Below are positions 1 through 10,074 of a DNA stretch of 64,000 bases, in pieces; position 1 is the stretch's first letter, and every line of letters starts with the position of its first letter. Origin of the DNA: Pseudomonadota bacterium (GTDB lineage: Bacteria > Pseudomonadota > Alphaproteobacteria > Micavibrionales > UBA2020). A model generated the notes under the pieces. That model made no database searches, was not told the origin of the DNA, and was given only the letters and a program-made list of their open reading frames with translations. The translations under genes and the position numbers were made by a program. The DNA lies in NCBI GenBank assembly GCA_021805245.1, contig JAJZFS010000076.1:11663-75662 (forward strand). Reading direction: 5' to 3'.

Positions 1-465
1 CGCTATCAGGTCGCGGTCACATTCAAGCTGGGGCGCTACGATTTCAAAAAGCATGAATTCCCCATTTCCGCGGGGCAGCACTTCAGCAACGTGAACTACA
101 TAAGCCTTTATAACAAGTCGGGGAATTACTCCACTTCCTTTTGCGAGAGAGGGTCTGACCCTATTTTCTCGTCGTATTACATGATGGAGCTTGACCATCC
201 GCTGACAATCGACGGGCTTTCCGTTTCGGATAAAAAAGTCGCAAAGCTGATGGCACGCATGCAGCAAGCCAACAACTTTAAACGGATGGTTTACGCCCGC
301 ATACGTGTGGTTGTAACGGGGGCGGAGAAAGGGCTTCACTTGTTGCCGCAGGACGCCTACCGGCAGATCATTCTGAAGGGGTACATCGCCAACGTCGATT
401 TCTTCCTCGATCCCCGACTGACCGAGCCGGTCGGTCACGCCATAGTTGAAGGGGCTGAAAACTAA
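1..465 (+). CDS. hypothetical protein, 5'-truncated by the window edge
   Basis: Frame 1 is open from base 1 through the stop at 463-465, so the track ORF 91..465 is only the part after an internal Met. No recognisable motifs. Confidence 0.5.
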   Translation, partial: RYQVAVTFKLGRYDFKKHEFPISAGQHFSNVNYISLYNKSGNYSTSFCERGSDPIFSSYYMMELDHPLTIDGLSVSDKKVAKLMARMQQANNFKRMVYARIRVVVTGAEKGLHLLPQDAYRQIILKGYIANVDFFLDPRLTEPVGHAIVEGAEN

Positions 466-936
466 AAGCTTCCCGGTCACACCCGTGCCTATGAGAGCGG
501 AGATCGCGCCAGCTCAAAGTCTGGCATGGGTTGGCTATCCTTTTGATTCTTAATGGTAAAATTTTCAGCGCGATCAAAGTGTGTAAGAGTTCAAGAGATT
601 TTTTGCCAGTCCCCGCCCTCAATTTTGCGCTGTATAAACGACTTGCCGGGTCTCGTTCGCTTGGCACGAAGGCGTTCATCGAAAGGCTGAAAAAAAACTT
701 AAACGTACTCTTCTGCGGCAATAGGCAGGACGCAAACCGAAGTGAGAAGGAAAGCATGCAGCGTAAAATAGATAATTAAGTATTGTGTCCCCGGAACTCA
801 TTGTGATATTTTGTTTTTTAGTAATAGTCGTCACTTATTTTTATAATACATAAGTTTGGCTAACAGCATAATGGCAATAAAAACGGAATTTTGGAGGGAA
901 ATAGGATAAACGGAGTTCGGGTTTTGATCAGGCATT

Positions 937-1557
937 TTGTTCAACTACAGCAAGTGGAGAAAACGGGATATGCCAAAAGGACCGTTGAGTTTGAGGGAGA
1001 GGTGTAAGGGAAATCCCGCGCGTTACAAAAGAATAATAGTGATGCGCATTATTGGTTTCTTATTGTTTTTTTTCGGGGTCCTTCCTGGGTCTATCCTTTT
1101 GGGCATTAAATTTGGCGCGGGGAAAGGAATAGTGACTGGGTATTACGGCTGGACGGTAGCTTGGTTTGGCGTTTTTATAGTTATATTTTGCTTTTTGATA
1201 AAGCAGATTGAGATAATTCTTTTCGGTGTTGATGCATGGGAAGAAGATCAGAAAATGGGCGTGATAGAAAGAGAAGAATATCAGGGAACAAGAGATGCGA
1301 GTTCGATAGAACAGGAAAAAAAGAACCTCGTTATATTTGATCTGATATTTAACCCCTTTTCCGCAAAAAAGGGGGCGGTGCCGTTTTGGGAGATGTTGGT
1401 TTATGGCGTCATCATCATACCGGCGGCAATATACATTTTACCGCGATTTTTTAATTTGTCCTTTCATGTTGCAAGTCTGTTCGGTGTTTTGTTAACGGTG
1501 GGCGTGCAAATGGTAGTGGCAAGGGCAAGAGCGAAAGGAGATAAAGATCATGGCTAG
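937..1557 (+). CDS. hypothetical membrane protein in a low-GC islet
   Basis: 206-aa ORF with several hydrophobic helices (IIGFLLFFFGVLPGSILLGI, VAWFGVFIVIFCFLI, VIIIPAAIYILP). It lies in an AT-rich stretch flanked by imperfect direct repeats. Confidence 0.55.
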   Translation: MFNYSKWRKRDMPKGPLSLRERCKGNPARYKRIIVMRIIGFLLFFFGVLPGSILLGIKFGAGKGIVTGYYGWTVAWFGVFIVIFCFLIKQIEIILFGVDAWEEDQKMGVIEREEYQGTRDASSIEQEKKNLVIFDLIFNPFSAKKGAVPFWEMLVYGVIIIPAAIYILPRFFNLSFHVASLFGVLLTVGVQMVVARARAKGDKDHG

Positions 1558-1773
1558 TGCAGATGAAGTATGTATTAATTCAGGGGACATAATACTTATC
1601 TCCTTTTCTAGTCATGCGATAATTATAGGCGTGGGGGCTGATCGGTCAATTAGGTATTGTGTGTCTCTGAACTCCACTTTTCATTTTCCCCCAAGGCACA
1701 ATGGCTAGCACGCGCATTGGGTGCGGAAGACGATGGCCTGTTCGGAGAACGGCTTTGAAAAATAAAAAGTAGA

Positions 1774-1836
1774 TGGCGGAAGGGGTGAGATTCGAACTCA
1801 CGGTGAGCTTGCGCCCACGCTAGTTTTCAAGACCTG
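1774..1836 (-). pseudogene. tRNA-Ser(UGA) 3' fragment (anticodon arm to CCA), lacking the acceptor 5' strand and D-arm
   Basis: The minus strand reads CAGGT-CTTGAAA-ACTAG, then variable arm GTGGGC-GCAA-GCTCAC, then T-arm GTGAG-TTCGAAT-CTCAC, then CCCTTCC-G-CCA. Upstream sequence has no matching GGAAGGG acceptor strand or D-arm. Confidence 0.6.
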
Positions 1837-2425
1837 TGTGTTTATATGCTGATTTCCGGTGTTTCTTGGCAAGCGCGGGATTTCTCTTTTGTGTCAAAAA
1901 GGAAGCGACTTCCGCGACGGTTAAAAGTTGAAGTTTGTCTTCATGCTCTTTGCTTATCATGCCCTGTGCGACGGACAGATCGAAATAGTTTTTGATTCCA
2001 TCCAGATAAGTGCCGACTTTGACGAGAATGACCGGCGGTCCCTGATCATAAACAGCGCCCTCAAGCCCCTGTAAAACCTCGCGTAAGGTTCCCGGCCCCC
2101 CGGGCAGCATAATCATTGCGACCGGATTTTGATGTGTTGACATACGGGCAAAGCGTTCTTGTTCGGTATCAACGGGCACGATGTGCGCGCCTGAAATCTG
2201 TTCTTCGTCTTGATAGCGTTTCAAGACGAAGGCATTTACTTGTGCGGCTGCGGCTGCGGCTGCGAGGGCTGTTTTTCCCATGAGGCCACTGGTTCCGGCA
2301 CCATAGTTGATGTCGAAGCCAGCCTTGCCGAGCGCGGTGCCGAGTGCCTCTGCCGCAGCAATAATGTCTGGATCTTTTGGCAAGCGGGATGCGGCGAACA
2401 GAGCTATGGTTGGTTTTGCAGTCAT
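1820..2425 (-). CDS. LOG-family (TIGR00730-type) Rossmann-fold nucleotide-binding protein
   Basis: Motifs GAGTSGLMG and PGGPGTLREV (PGGxGTxxE). The likely start is the internal Met (MTAKPTIALF) at 2425. The last 5 codons (GLEN*) are encoded by the tRNA-Ser fragment anticodon arm. Confidence 0.8.
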   Translation of the reverse strand: MTAKPTIALFAASRLPKDPDIIAAAEALGTALGKAGFDINYGAGTSGLMGKTALAAAAAAAQVNAFVLKRYQDEEQISGAHIVPVDTEQERFARMSTHQNPVAMIMLPGGPGTLREVLQGLEGAVYDQGPPVILVKVGTYLDGIKNYFDLSVAQGMISKEHEDKLQLLTVAEVASFLTQKRNPALAKKHRKSAYKHTGLEN

Positions 2426-2533
2426 AATAGTCACTTCCCATTTTTCGGAAAGTTTACTACTATAATTACATAATGTCAATAACCGTACCCGCCCCGCCGC
2501 GGCGATATTTATGCAATATTATCAAGGAATGAA

Positions 2534-3679
<1,146 letters not shown>

Positions 3680-3729
3680 TCATCGGGGACTCGCCGTCAA
3701 CTGAAATCTACAATGAAGAGTCAAATAAA

Positions 3730-4362
3730 TCAGTTATTTGCAGAAGATTCTTGAAGTAGTCGTTTAAACACCGGGGCAAAGCTGCGGCGGTGATGCACGG
3801 TAACGCCATGTATTTCCAGCGCTTTCAGATGCTGGGCGGTGCCGTAGCCCGCATTGGTCGCCCATCCGTAATGCGGAAAATCGTTGGCGATGCGGATCAT
3901 CAGGCTGTCGCGATAATGTTTGGCAATAATGGAAGCGGCGGCAATAGAAAGGCTTTTGCCGTCGCCTTCAACTATAGTCTCAACCGTGCAAGGCAGCTTC
4001 GGCGCCTTGTTTCCATCGATTAAAGCGACAGCGGGGCGTGCGCCAAGCCCTTCAAACGCTTGTGCCATCGCTTTCAGGGAAGCTTGTAATATATTGATTT
4101 TGTCTATTTCTTCCACATTGCATTCCGCAATAGACACATCCGAAAATTCACGTATCTTATTGAATAAATAGAGTCTTTTCTTTGTCGTGAGCTTCTTGCT
4201 GTCATTGATCTGGGCGAGAATGTCTTTCGGCGCGCGTGCGCGGTGGATCACCACAGCGGCGGCGACAACCGGCCCAGCAAGCGGTCCGCGTCCGACTTCG
4301 TCGATGCCGCAAACAGCACCGTCATATTTGTTCTCGAATGAAAAGTCGGGTCTGCTCGGCAT
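3730..4362 (-). CDS. rnhB: ribonuclease HII
   Basis: GIDEVGRGPLAGPVVAAAV motif and DSKKL. I placed the start at the internal Met (MPSRPDF), because the longer track ORF (to 4515) would overlap the divergent 4506 gene and its strong SD. Confidence 0.85.
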   Translation of the reverse strand: MPSRPDFSFENKYDGAVCGIDEVGRGPLAGPVVAAAVVIHRARAPKDILAQINDSKKLTTKKRLYLFNKIREFSDVSIAECNVEEIDKINILQASLKAMAQAFEGLGARPAVALIDGNKAPKLPCTVETIVEGDGKSLSIAAASIIAKHYRDSLMIRIANDFPHYGWATNAGYGTAQHLKALEIHGVTVHHRRSFAPVFKRLLQESSANN

Positions 4363-4505
4363 GCGGTTCGGGATCCCTGAAACGGGGTGGACATCTGTTT
4401 TTGCTATCACGCCGTCCGCGCCAAGTCCATCCGCCACAGCCAGTTTAGCAGGTTGACGGACGGCATGTTTTATATTAATATGTAAAACAAATAAAGGAGC
4501 CCCAT

Positions 4506-5486
4506 ATGGCCTCACGTGCCTTCAAAGCCGCCGCAGAGAAATATGTCTTCGATTACGATCGCGAAGTCGCGGCGTTTTATGCCGACCATCCGGAGATGAA
4601 AAAGAGACTCTACTTCCTCGATGCCGCTGCGCCTGCCGTCTATCGCGGCGACGAAGGGGACGAGGACGAAGCGGCGGAGATGCTCGGGCAGAATTCCCAC
4701 CTCGGTGCGGTGATCGCGGAGTCCCGCGCGACGGGCATCGGCGGCTCGGTGCGCTATGCGGCGGAAGGCTATGATTGCGTCGTTCTCAAAACCCCGCGCA
4801 ACAAGACCAACGTCAACCTGATGGGCTATTCGGCGCCGGCGGACGTGACCGACGTTTTTTCCTTCGATCATGAGATCGGGCATCTGATCTGCCCCGGCGG
4901 TTATGCCGAGGGCGAGGAGCTGATGAAAGAGTGCGTCGCGGACGCTTACGCAACCTTGCGCCATATCCAGCGCTTCGGCAAAGATTCCGCGCCGATCAAA
5001 AACCTGCCAACCATGCGGGTGGTGGAAATGGTATTCGGCAAGGACTGCAGCCACTTCACCCTGCCGGGGGTGGAAAAAATCATCAAAGACGCGAAGACCA
5101 CGGATTTTGAAAAGCTTTCGCCGGAGGAGACCATCGCGCTGGCGGCGACCTACGCCACGGCCAACGCCGAAAAGCCGATGCTCGTCAGTTTTATGGCGGA
5201 CGCTTTTATCGCGCTGCGCCTCACCGCGAACAGCCTGCTCAACAAGGATTTCCTGCCGTTGCGCGCTCTCGGCGAATTCCTGCTGGAAACGCAGGTGCCC
5301 GAGCAATACAAATGGGGCGCGGCAATATTTAACGCCGCGTTGGACGGCAACATCGGCGTCGACGGTGTAAACCTGCCCAAGCCCGCGGGCGCGGAATGGG
5401 ACAAGCTGCGCAAAGCCGTCGCCGCGCGCGCCGACGGCTTCGGCAAACCGCCGTCATCGGGCCTGATTATCGTTCCCAAGCTTTAA
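4506..5486 (+). CDS. hypothetical protein with an HExxH motif (possible zinc metallopeptidase-like)
   Basis: 326-aa ORF with a strong SD (AAGGAG) upstream of the ATG. It contains FDHEIGHL (HExxH). No other family signature recognised. Confidence 0.6.
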   Translation: MASRAFKAAAEKYVFDYDREVAAFYADHPEMKKRLYFLDAAAPAVYRGDEGDEDEAAEMLGQNSHLGAVIAESRATGIGGSVRYAAEGYDCVVLKTPRNKTNVNLMGYSAPADVTDVFSFDHEIGHLICPGGYAEGEELMKECVADAYATLRHIQRFGKDSAPIKNLPTMRVVEMVFGKDCSHFTLPGVEKIIKDAKTTDFEKLSPEETIALAATYATANAEKPMLVSFMADAFIALRLTANSLLNKDFLPLRALGEFLLETQVPEQYKWGAAIFNAALDGNIGVDGVNLPKPAGAEWDKLRKAVAARADGFGKPPSSGLIIVPKL

Positions 5487-5685
5487 GCAACGGAATAAAA
5501 AACACCAGCGTCATATATGGGCGCGGGTGCTTTCGTGTTCGTATATTGGTTTCGATTGCGTATGTCTTGGGTGACATGATTATTCTTTCCCATCATGATA
5601 CCCGTTTTGTATACGTTTATCCTCCGCTGACCTTTGATCTGCAGTCAGAAACTTTCCAATGTCATCCCGCAACTGGATAACGTCT

Positions 5686-5922
5686 TTATCCCGAGATGCC
5701 GCAAGGCCACCCACAGGCTGAACTGCTGAAGGTGATATGATCTTTATCTGCTGGTGTATCTACTACGTAATAGCCTGCGCTTAAAACTGCGCGTCTTATT
5801 GTCTTGATATTCGTTCCGTCAGGAAAACTTTTAAGGAGTGCAAAAATCTTATCGGAAGGGGTCTTGCCTACGGGCTGGTCTGCATATGCCGGATGAAGAT
5901 GGCACAGGACAACCATCAGCAT
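5686..5922 (-). CDS. small hypothetical protein, possible signal peptide
   Basis: 78-aa ORF. The N-terminus MLMVVLCHLHPAYA-DQ resembles a signal peptide. Located in a lower-GC intergenic area. Weak support. Confidence 0.3.
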   Translation of the reverse strand: MLMVVLCHLHPAYADQPVGKTPSDKIFALLKSFPDGTNIKTIRRAVLSAGYYVVDTPADKDHITFSSSACGWPCGISG

Positions 5923-6081
5923 CGCGAGGAAAAAAATGCTTTATCGCCGTTTCCCTTGTGTACACCTTGTGACATTTCAAACCCTGCAAAAGTTAAAACC
6001 AAGCATTACCTGATCTTAACCCACAGGATCCGTAGCACATAGAAACAAAGGATATATCTGTCCGTTTGGACGGATATAAAT

Positions 6082-6456
6082 TTATTTCGGGCCGTATTTG
6101 TTCTTTGCGGCTTTGATTTGCTGCGCGACGCCCTTCAACGTGGGCTGGAATTGGCTGGCGATGTCTTTCGAGACGGGCAGCCATTGCTTGATTTTGTCCG
6201 CGGCGTTGCTGCCGTTCTGCTCGGCGAGATCGATCAGTTTCTGCATATTGCCCTGCCAGTCGCGGGTTTGCACAAGACCGGCCTTTTTGCAGGCTTTGTT
6301 CACGGCGGGGGTGACTTGGGTCACGCTGCGGAATACGGTGCGCAGGCCGCTGCCCAAAACGCCGGACTTCGGGTTGACGAAATCCTTCATTTGCTTGTCG
6401 ACGGCGTTGCCGACGGTGCGGATGAGGGCTTCAAGTTCCGGTGTCCATTTGGCCAT
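6082..6456 (-). CDS. hypothetical protein
   Basis: 124-aa ORF with an AAGGA SD about 9 nt upstream. Its composition is protein-like, unlike the overlapping shadow ORFs. Confidence 0.6.
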   Translation of the reverse strand: MAKWTPELEALIRTVGNAVDKQMKDFVNPKSGVLGSGLRTVFRSVTQVTPAVNKACKKAGLVQTRDWQGNMQKLIDLAEQNGSNAADKIKQWLPVSKDIASQFQPTLKGVAQQIKAAKNKYGPK

Positions 6457-6584
6457 TTTAAAATTCCTTTTGCTTTATGCGGTCTGCCGCGCAGGCTCGC
6501 ATGGAGCTTGCGATATGTCAACTGATTTATGAAATATAAAAGACGGAACTGTATCGGCGCACCAAAATGCCCTAATATCCGCAG

Positions 6585-7319
6585 ATGGTAGCTAAAAAAC
6601 CCCCGTCCGGTAAAAAATCCTCTGCGGCCAAGCGCGGCTCTCCCAAGAATAATCCGCGCGGCGCGCAGCAAAAGGTGTACGTCAAGACGCGCAAGAAGCG
6701 CTCCGTCTCCTCGGCGCGATGGCTGGAGCGGCAGTTGAACGACCCCTATGTCGCGGCCGCCAAAACAGAAGGATACCGCAGCCGCGCCGCCTTTAAGCTG
6801 ATACAAATGAATGATGACTTAGGTCTTCTGAAAGCGGGATATAAAGTCGTCGATCTTGGCGCCGCGCCCGGCGGCTGGACGCAGATCGCCGTCGATATCG
6901 TCCAGCCCGACAAGACCGGCGGCAGGGTCGTGGCGATCGACTACCTCGACATGCCGGAAGTGCCGGGGGCGGAATTCATCTGCCTCGATTTTATGGATGA
7001 CGCCGCGCCGGAGATATTAAAGAAGTCCATCGGCGGGCGCGCTCATGTGGTGATGAGCGACATGGCGCCGCCGACCGTCGGCCACAAGCAGACGGACCAC
7101 TTGCGCATCATGGCGCTGGCCGAGGCGGCCTATGAATTCGCGCGGGAAATTTTGATTCCCGGCGGGTTTTTTCTGTCTAAGGTTTTTATGGGCGGAGCGG
7201 AAAAGGATTTACTTAACAGTCTCAAGCGCGACTTTACCAAGGTCAAGCACGTCAAACCCCATGCCAGCCGTGCCGATTCATCGGAAATGTATGTTGTAGC
7301 GCTGGGTTTCAGGGGATAA
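6585..7319 (+). CDS. rlmE: 23S rRNA 2'-O-ribose methyltransferase RlmE (FtsJ)
   Basis: SSARWLERQLNDPYV, GYRSRAAFKL, VVDLGAAPGGWTQ, DMAP motifs. Confidence 0.9.
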   Translation: MVAKKPPSGKKSSAAKRGSPKNNPRGAQQKVYVKTRKKRSVSSARWLERQLNDPYVAAAKTEGYRSRAAFKLIQMNDDLGLLKAGYKVVDLGAAPGGWTQIAVDIVQPDKTGGRVVAIDYLDMPEVPGAEFICLDFMDDAAPEILKKSIGGRAHVVMSDMAPPTVGHKQTDHLRIMALAEAAYEFAREILIPGGFFLSKVFMGGAEKDLLNSLKRDFTKVKHVKPHASRADSSEMYVVALGFRG

Positions 7320-7363
7320 ACTTTGATGTCGTCCCGCAGGACGGCGCTTAAAGGGGAGATGCT

Positions 7364-8749
7364 ATGAAAGAGAATGCAGCGATCAACGAGGCCTTGGGTT
7401 TTGACGATGTCCTGTTGGTGCCGAACGAAACCAACGTCAAGCCATCGGCTGTCAGCCTCAAGACGCGCCTGACCAGAACGATCGAACTCAATATTCCGCT
7501 CATCTCCGCGGGGTACGACAACGTCACGGAAAGCGCGATGGCGATCGCGATAGCGCACTTGGGCGGGCTCGGCGTCATCCACCATAACATGCCGCTCGGC
7601 AAGCAGGTCGAGGAAGTGCGCCGCGTCAAGCGCGCAGAGGGCAACATGGTTTTGAACCCGATCACGATTTCGCCGGATGCCAGCGTGGCCGAGGCGGTCG
7701 ATTTGATGACGAATTACAAGGTGTCCGGTCTGCCGGTCGCTGAATCCGGCACGCAAAAGGTGATCGGCATCCTCACCAGCCGCGACATCCGATTTTTCGA
7801 GGATTACGCCAAGCCGGTGTCCGAACTGATGAGCAAGGAAGTCATCACCGTGCAGACGGGCATTGAATTGGACGCCGCCAAGAGGCTGATGCACCAGCAC
7901 CGCATCGAGAAAATCGTCGTCGTCGACGATAAGGGGCGCTGCGCGGGGCTGGTCACGGTCAAGGATATCGACAAGCTCGGGCGCTTCCCGAATGCCGCGC
8001 GCGACAAGCACGGACGTTTGCGCGTCGGCGCCGCCGTCGGTGTCGGCAAGGACGCGCTCGACCGCGCGGGCGCGATGACCGACGCCGGTCTCGACGTTTT
8101 GTTTATCGATGTCGCGCACGCGCAGGACCGCGAAGTGTTCGGCATCATCAGCCATATCCGCCAGCAGCGCACCAGCGAGGTGCAGATCGTCGCCGGCAAC
8201 GTCGCGACGCCCGTGGCCGCCCGTTCGGTGGTCGAGGCGGGCGCGGACGCCGTGATGGTGGGCGTCGGCGGCAGTTGCGGTTCCGCAAGCCGCCGTATCG
8301 CCGGCGTCGGCATGCCGCAGTTCTCGGCGCTCGTCAAAATCGCTGAGGAATGCGTTTTGATGGGCGTTCCGGTGGTCGCCAACGGCGGTGTCAACAGTCC
8401 TGCGACGCTGGCGAAAGCCATCGCCGCCGGTGCGCAGACCGCGGTTATTAGTGATCTTTTTGCCGGAACGGAAGAAGCGCCCGGCGAGATCGTCTGTTAT
8501 GACGGCGGCGTCTACAAGGTCGTCAATCCGGCGGCGAAGCCGCAGCACCGTCCGGCCGCGTCGCCGATGGCGACGGCGCTCGATCCGCACGGGCTGGACG
8601 GAGATCCGGTGGATACGTCCGCGCCGTACCGCGGGCCGGTGGCTCATACCGCCCAACATCTGCTGAAAGGACTGAGAGCGGCTCTGGCCTATACGGGCAG
8701 CGCCGACATTCCCGCTATGATCGAGAAGGCGGAATTCGTGCGCAAATGA
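7364..8749 (+). CDS. IMP dehydrogenase family protein with a non-canonical catalytic loop
   Basis: N-terminus ALGFDDVLLVPN..., CBS pair region, VLFIDVAHAQ. The Cys loop reads GVGGSCGSASRRIAGVGMPQ rather than GIGPGSICTTR, and NGG replaces DGG. Confidence 0.8.
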   Translation: MKENAAINEALGFDDVLLVPNETNVKPSAVSLKTRLTRTIELNIPLISAGYDNVTESAMAIAIAHLGGLGVIHHNMPLGKQVEEVRRVKRAEGNMVLNPITISPDASVAEAVDLMTNYKVSGLPVAESGTQKVIGILTSRDIRFFEDYAKPVSELMSKEVITVQTGIELDAAKRLMHQHRIEKIVVVDDKGRCAGLVTVKDIDKLGRFPNAARDKHGRLRVGAAVGVGKDALDRAGAMTDAGLDVLFIDVAHAQDREVFGIISHIRQQRTSEVQIVAGNVATPVAARSVVEAGADAVMVGVGGSCGSASRRIAGVGMPQFSALVKIAEECVLMGVPVVANGGVNSPATLAKAIAAGAQTAVISDLFAGTEEAPGEIVCYDGGVYKVVNPAAKPQHRPAASPMATALDPHGLDGDPVDTSAPYRGPVAHTAQHLLKGLRAALAYTGSADIPAMIEKAEFVRK

Positions 8750-8790
8750 CGCCTGTCAGGACGTTGTTGCACACAAAAGGATAAGAAATC

Positions 8791-10074
8791 ATGTTGCCAG
8801 CGTCCCGCATCGAGGCGGTTATCGAAATTATAGCGGAGATTGCCGCATCGGAGCGTCCCGCCGAGGCCGTTGTCAGCGCATGGCTGCGCGGCCGGCGTTT
8901 CATCGGCTCCAAGGACCGCGCCGCGATCAATACCCGCGCTTACCGCATCATTCGCACCTATCACCGATATTGCTGGTGGATCAGGCGGAGCGGTGCGGAG
9001 ATCAACGCGCGCAATCTCGTCATCGCCGATTTGATGTTTGAACGCGAGCATAGTCCCGCGTCGATGGAGAATACATTCTCCGGCGAGCGTTTCGCGCCGG
9101 AACCGTTGTCAGCGGAGGAATTAAAGCTCGTCAAAGCGCTCGACAGGCAAAATCTCATGCATCCCCATCTGTCTCTGCGCGAGAAAGCCGAATGTCCGGA
9201 ATGGGCGTTCGAAAGTTTGCAAAGAAGCCTCGGCGACAATTTCGCGGCGGAGATGGAAGCGATGCACGCACCCGCGCTGATGGACATTCGCGTCAACGTC
9301 ATCAAGGCGACGCGCGACAACGTGCTGGCGAAGCTGAAAAAAGACGGCTTCGATGTCGCGGCGGGCAAGCTTTCGCCCTATGCCATCCGCGTTGAGGGGC
9401 GTCCGCAGTTGTCGCAGCATGAATTTTATAAAGACGGCACGATCGAGTTTCAGGACGAAGGCTCGCAGATGATCGCGGTCTTCGCCGATGCCCGGCCCGG
9501 CACGCAGGTGGCCGACTATTGCGCGGGCGCGGGCGGCAAAACGCTGGCCTTGGCGGCGGCGATGAATAACAAGGGGCGCATCGTCGCGCTGGACGTGCTG
9601 GGGAACAGGCTCGAAAAAGCCAAACTGCGTTTCCGCCGCGCCGGCGTGCACAATATCGAGACGCATGCGCTGGGCGAGGCGGGCGACAAATGGCCGAAGC
9701 GGCACAAGAATTATTTCGACCTCGTGCTGGTCGATGCGCCCTGCACCGGCAGCGGCACATGGCGGCGCGAGCCGGACAGGCGCTGGCGGCAGCTCGGCCC
9801 CAAGCTGGAGGAATTACTGGTGTTGCAGCGCGAGGTTCTTGAAAACGCGCAGCGGCTCGTCAAACCCGGCGGGCGCCTGGTTTATGCGACATGTTCGCTG
9901 CTCGCCGACGAGAACGAAGATCAGGTCGCGGCGTTTGTGAAAGACCATCCGGAATTTTCCGTCTCCGGCGATTTTCTCAAACTCACGCCCCTGCAACACG
10001 GCACCGACGGCTTCTTCGCGGCGAGGCTGGAAAAAGCGGCGCCGGCAACAAAGTTGACCGAGACCGCCTCATGA
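8791..10074 (+). CDS. rRNA cytosine-C5 methyltransferase, RsmB/NOP2/Sun family
   Basis: DYCAGAGGKT, VDAPCTGSGTWRREPD, VYATCSL motifs. Confidence 0.85.
   Translation: MLPASRIEAVIEIIAEIAASERPAEAVVSAWLRGRRFIGSKDRAAINTRAYRIIRTYHRYCWWIRRSGAEINARNLVIADLMFEREHSPASMENTFSGERFAPEPLSAEELKLVKALDRQNLMHPHLSLREKAECPEWAFESLQRSLGDNFAAEMEAMHAPALMDIRVNVIKATRDNVLAKLKKDGFDVAAGKLSPYAIRVEGRPQLSQHEFYKDGTIEFQDEGSQMIAVFADARPGTQVADYCAGAGGKTLALAAAMNNKGRIVALDVLGNRLEKAKLRFRRAGVHNIETHALGEAGDKWPKRHKNYFDLVLVDAPCTGSGTWRREPDRRWRQLGPKLEELLVLQREVLENAQRLVKPGGRLVYATCSLLADENEDQVAAFVKDHPEFSVSGDFLKLTPLQHGTDGFFAARLEKAAPATKLTETAS

Noticed and set aside
531-779. 82-aa plus-strand ORF, with the overlapping 368..757 minus-strand ORF
   Set aside because: Neither has an SD or motifs, the two frames conflict, and they lie in an intergenic-looking region. 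Support is insufficient.
3730-4515. Long (261-aa) version of rnhB
   Set aside because: The N-terminal 51 codons are non-conserved-looking and would overlap the divergent 4506 gene and its SD. The internal Met at 4362 precedes the conserved core at a typical distance.
7130-8659. 509-aa ORF on the minus strand
   Set aside because: It is entirely antisense to the IMPDH-family gene. The Arg/Ala/Gly/His-rich low-complexity translation is typical of shadow ORFs in GC-rich DNA, and it has no motifs.
9891-10070. N-terminal extension of the DUF58 ORF
   Set aside because: It overlaps the 3' end of the rsmB-family gene in another frame with an Arg-rich translation. The ATG at 10071 gives a typical ATGA-coupled start.
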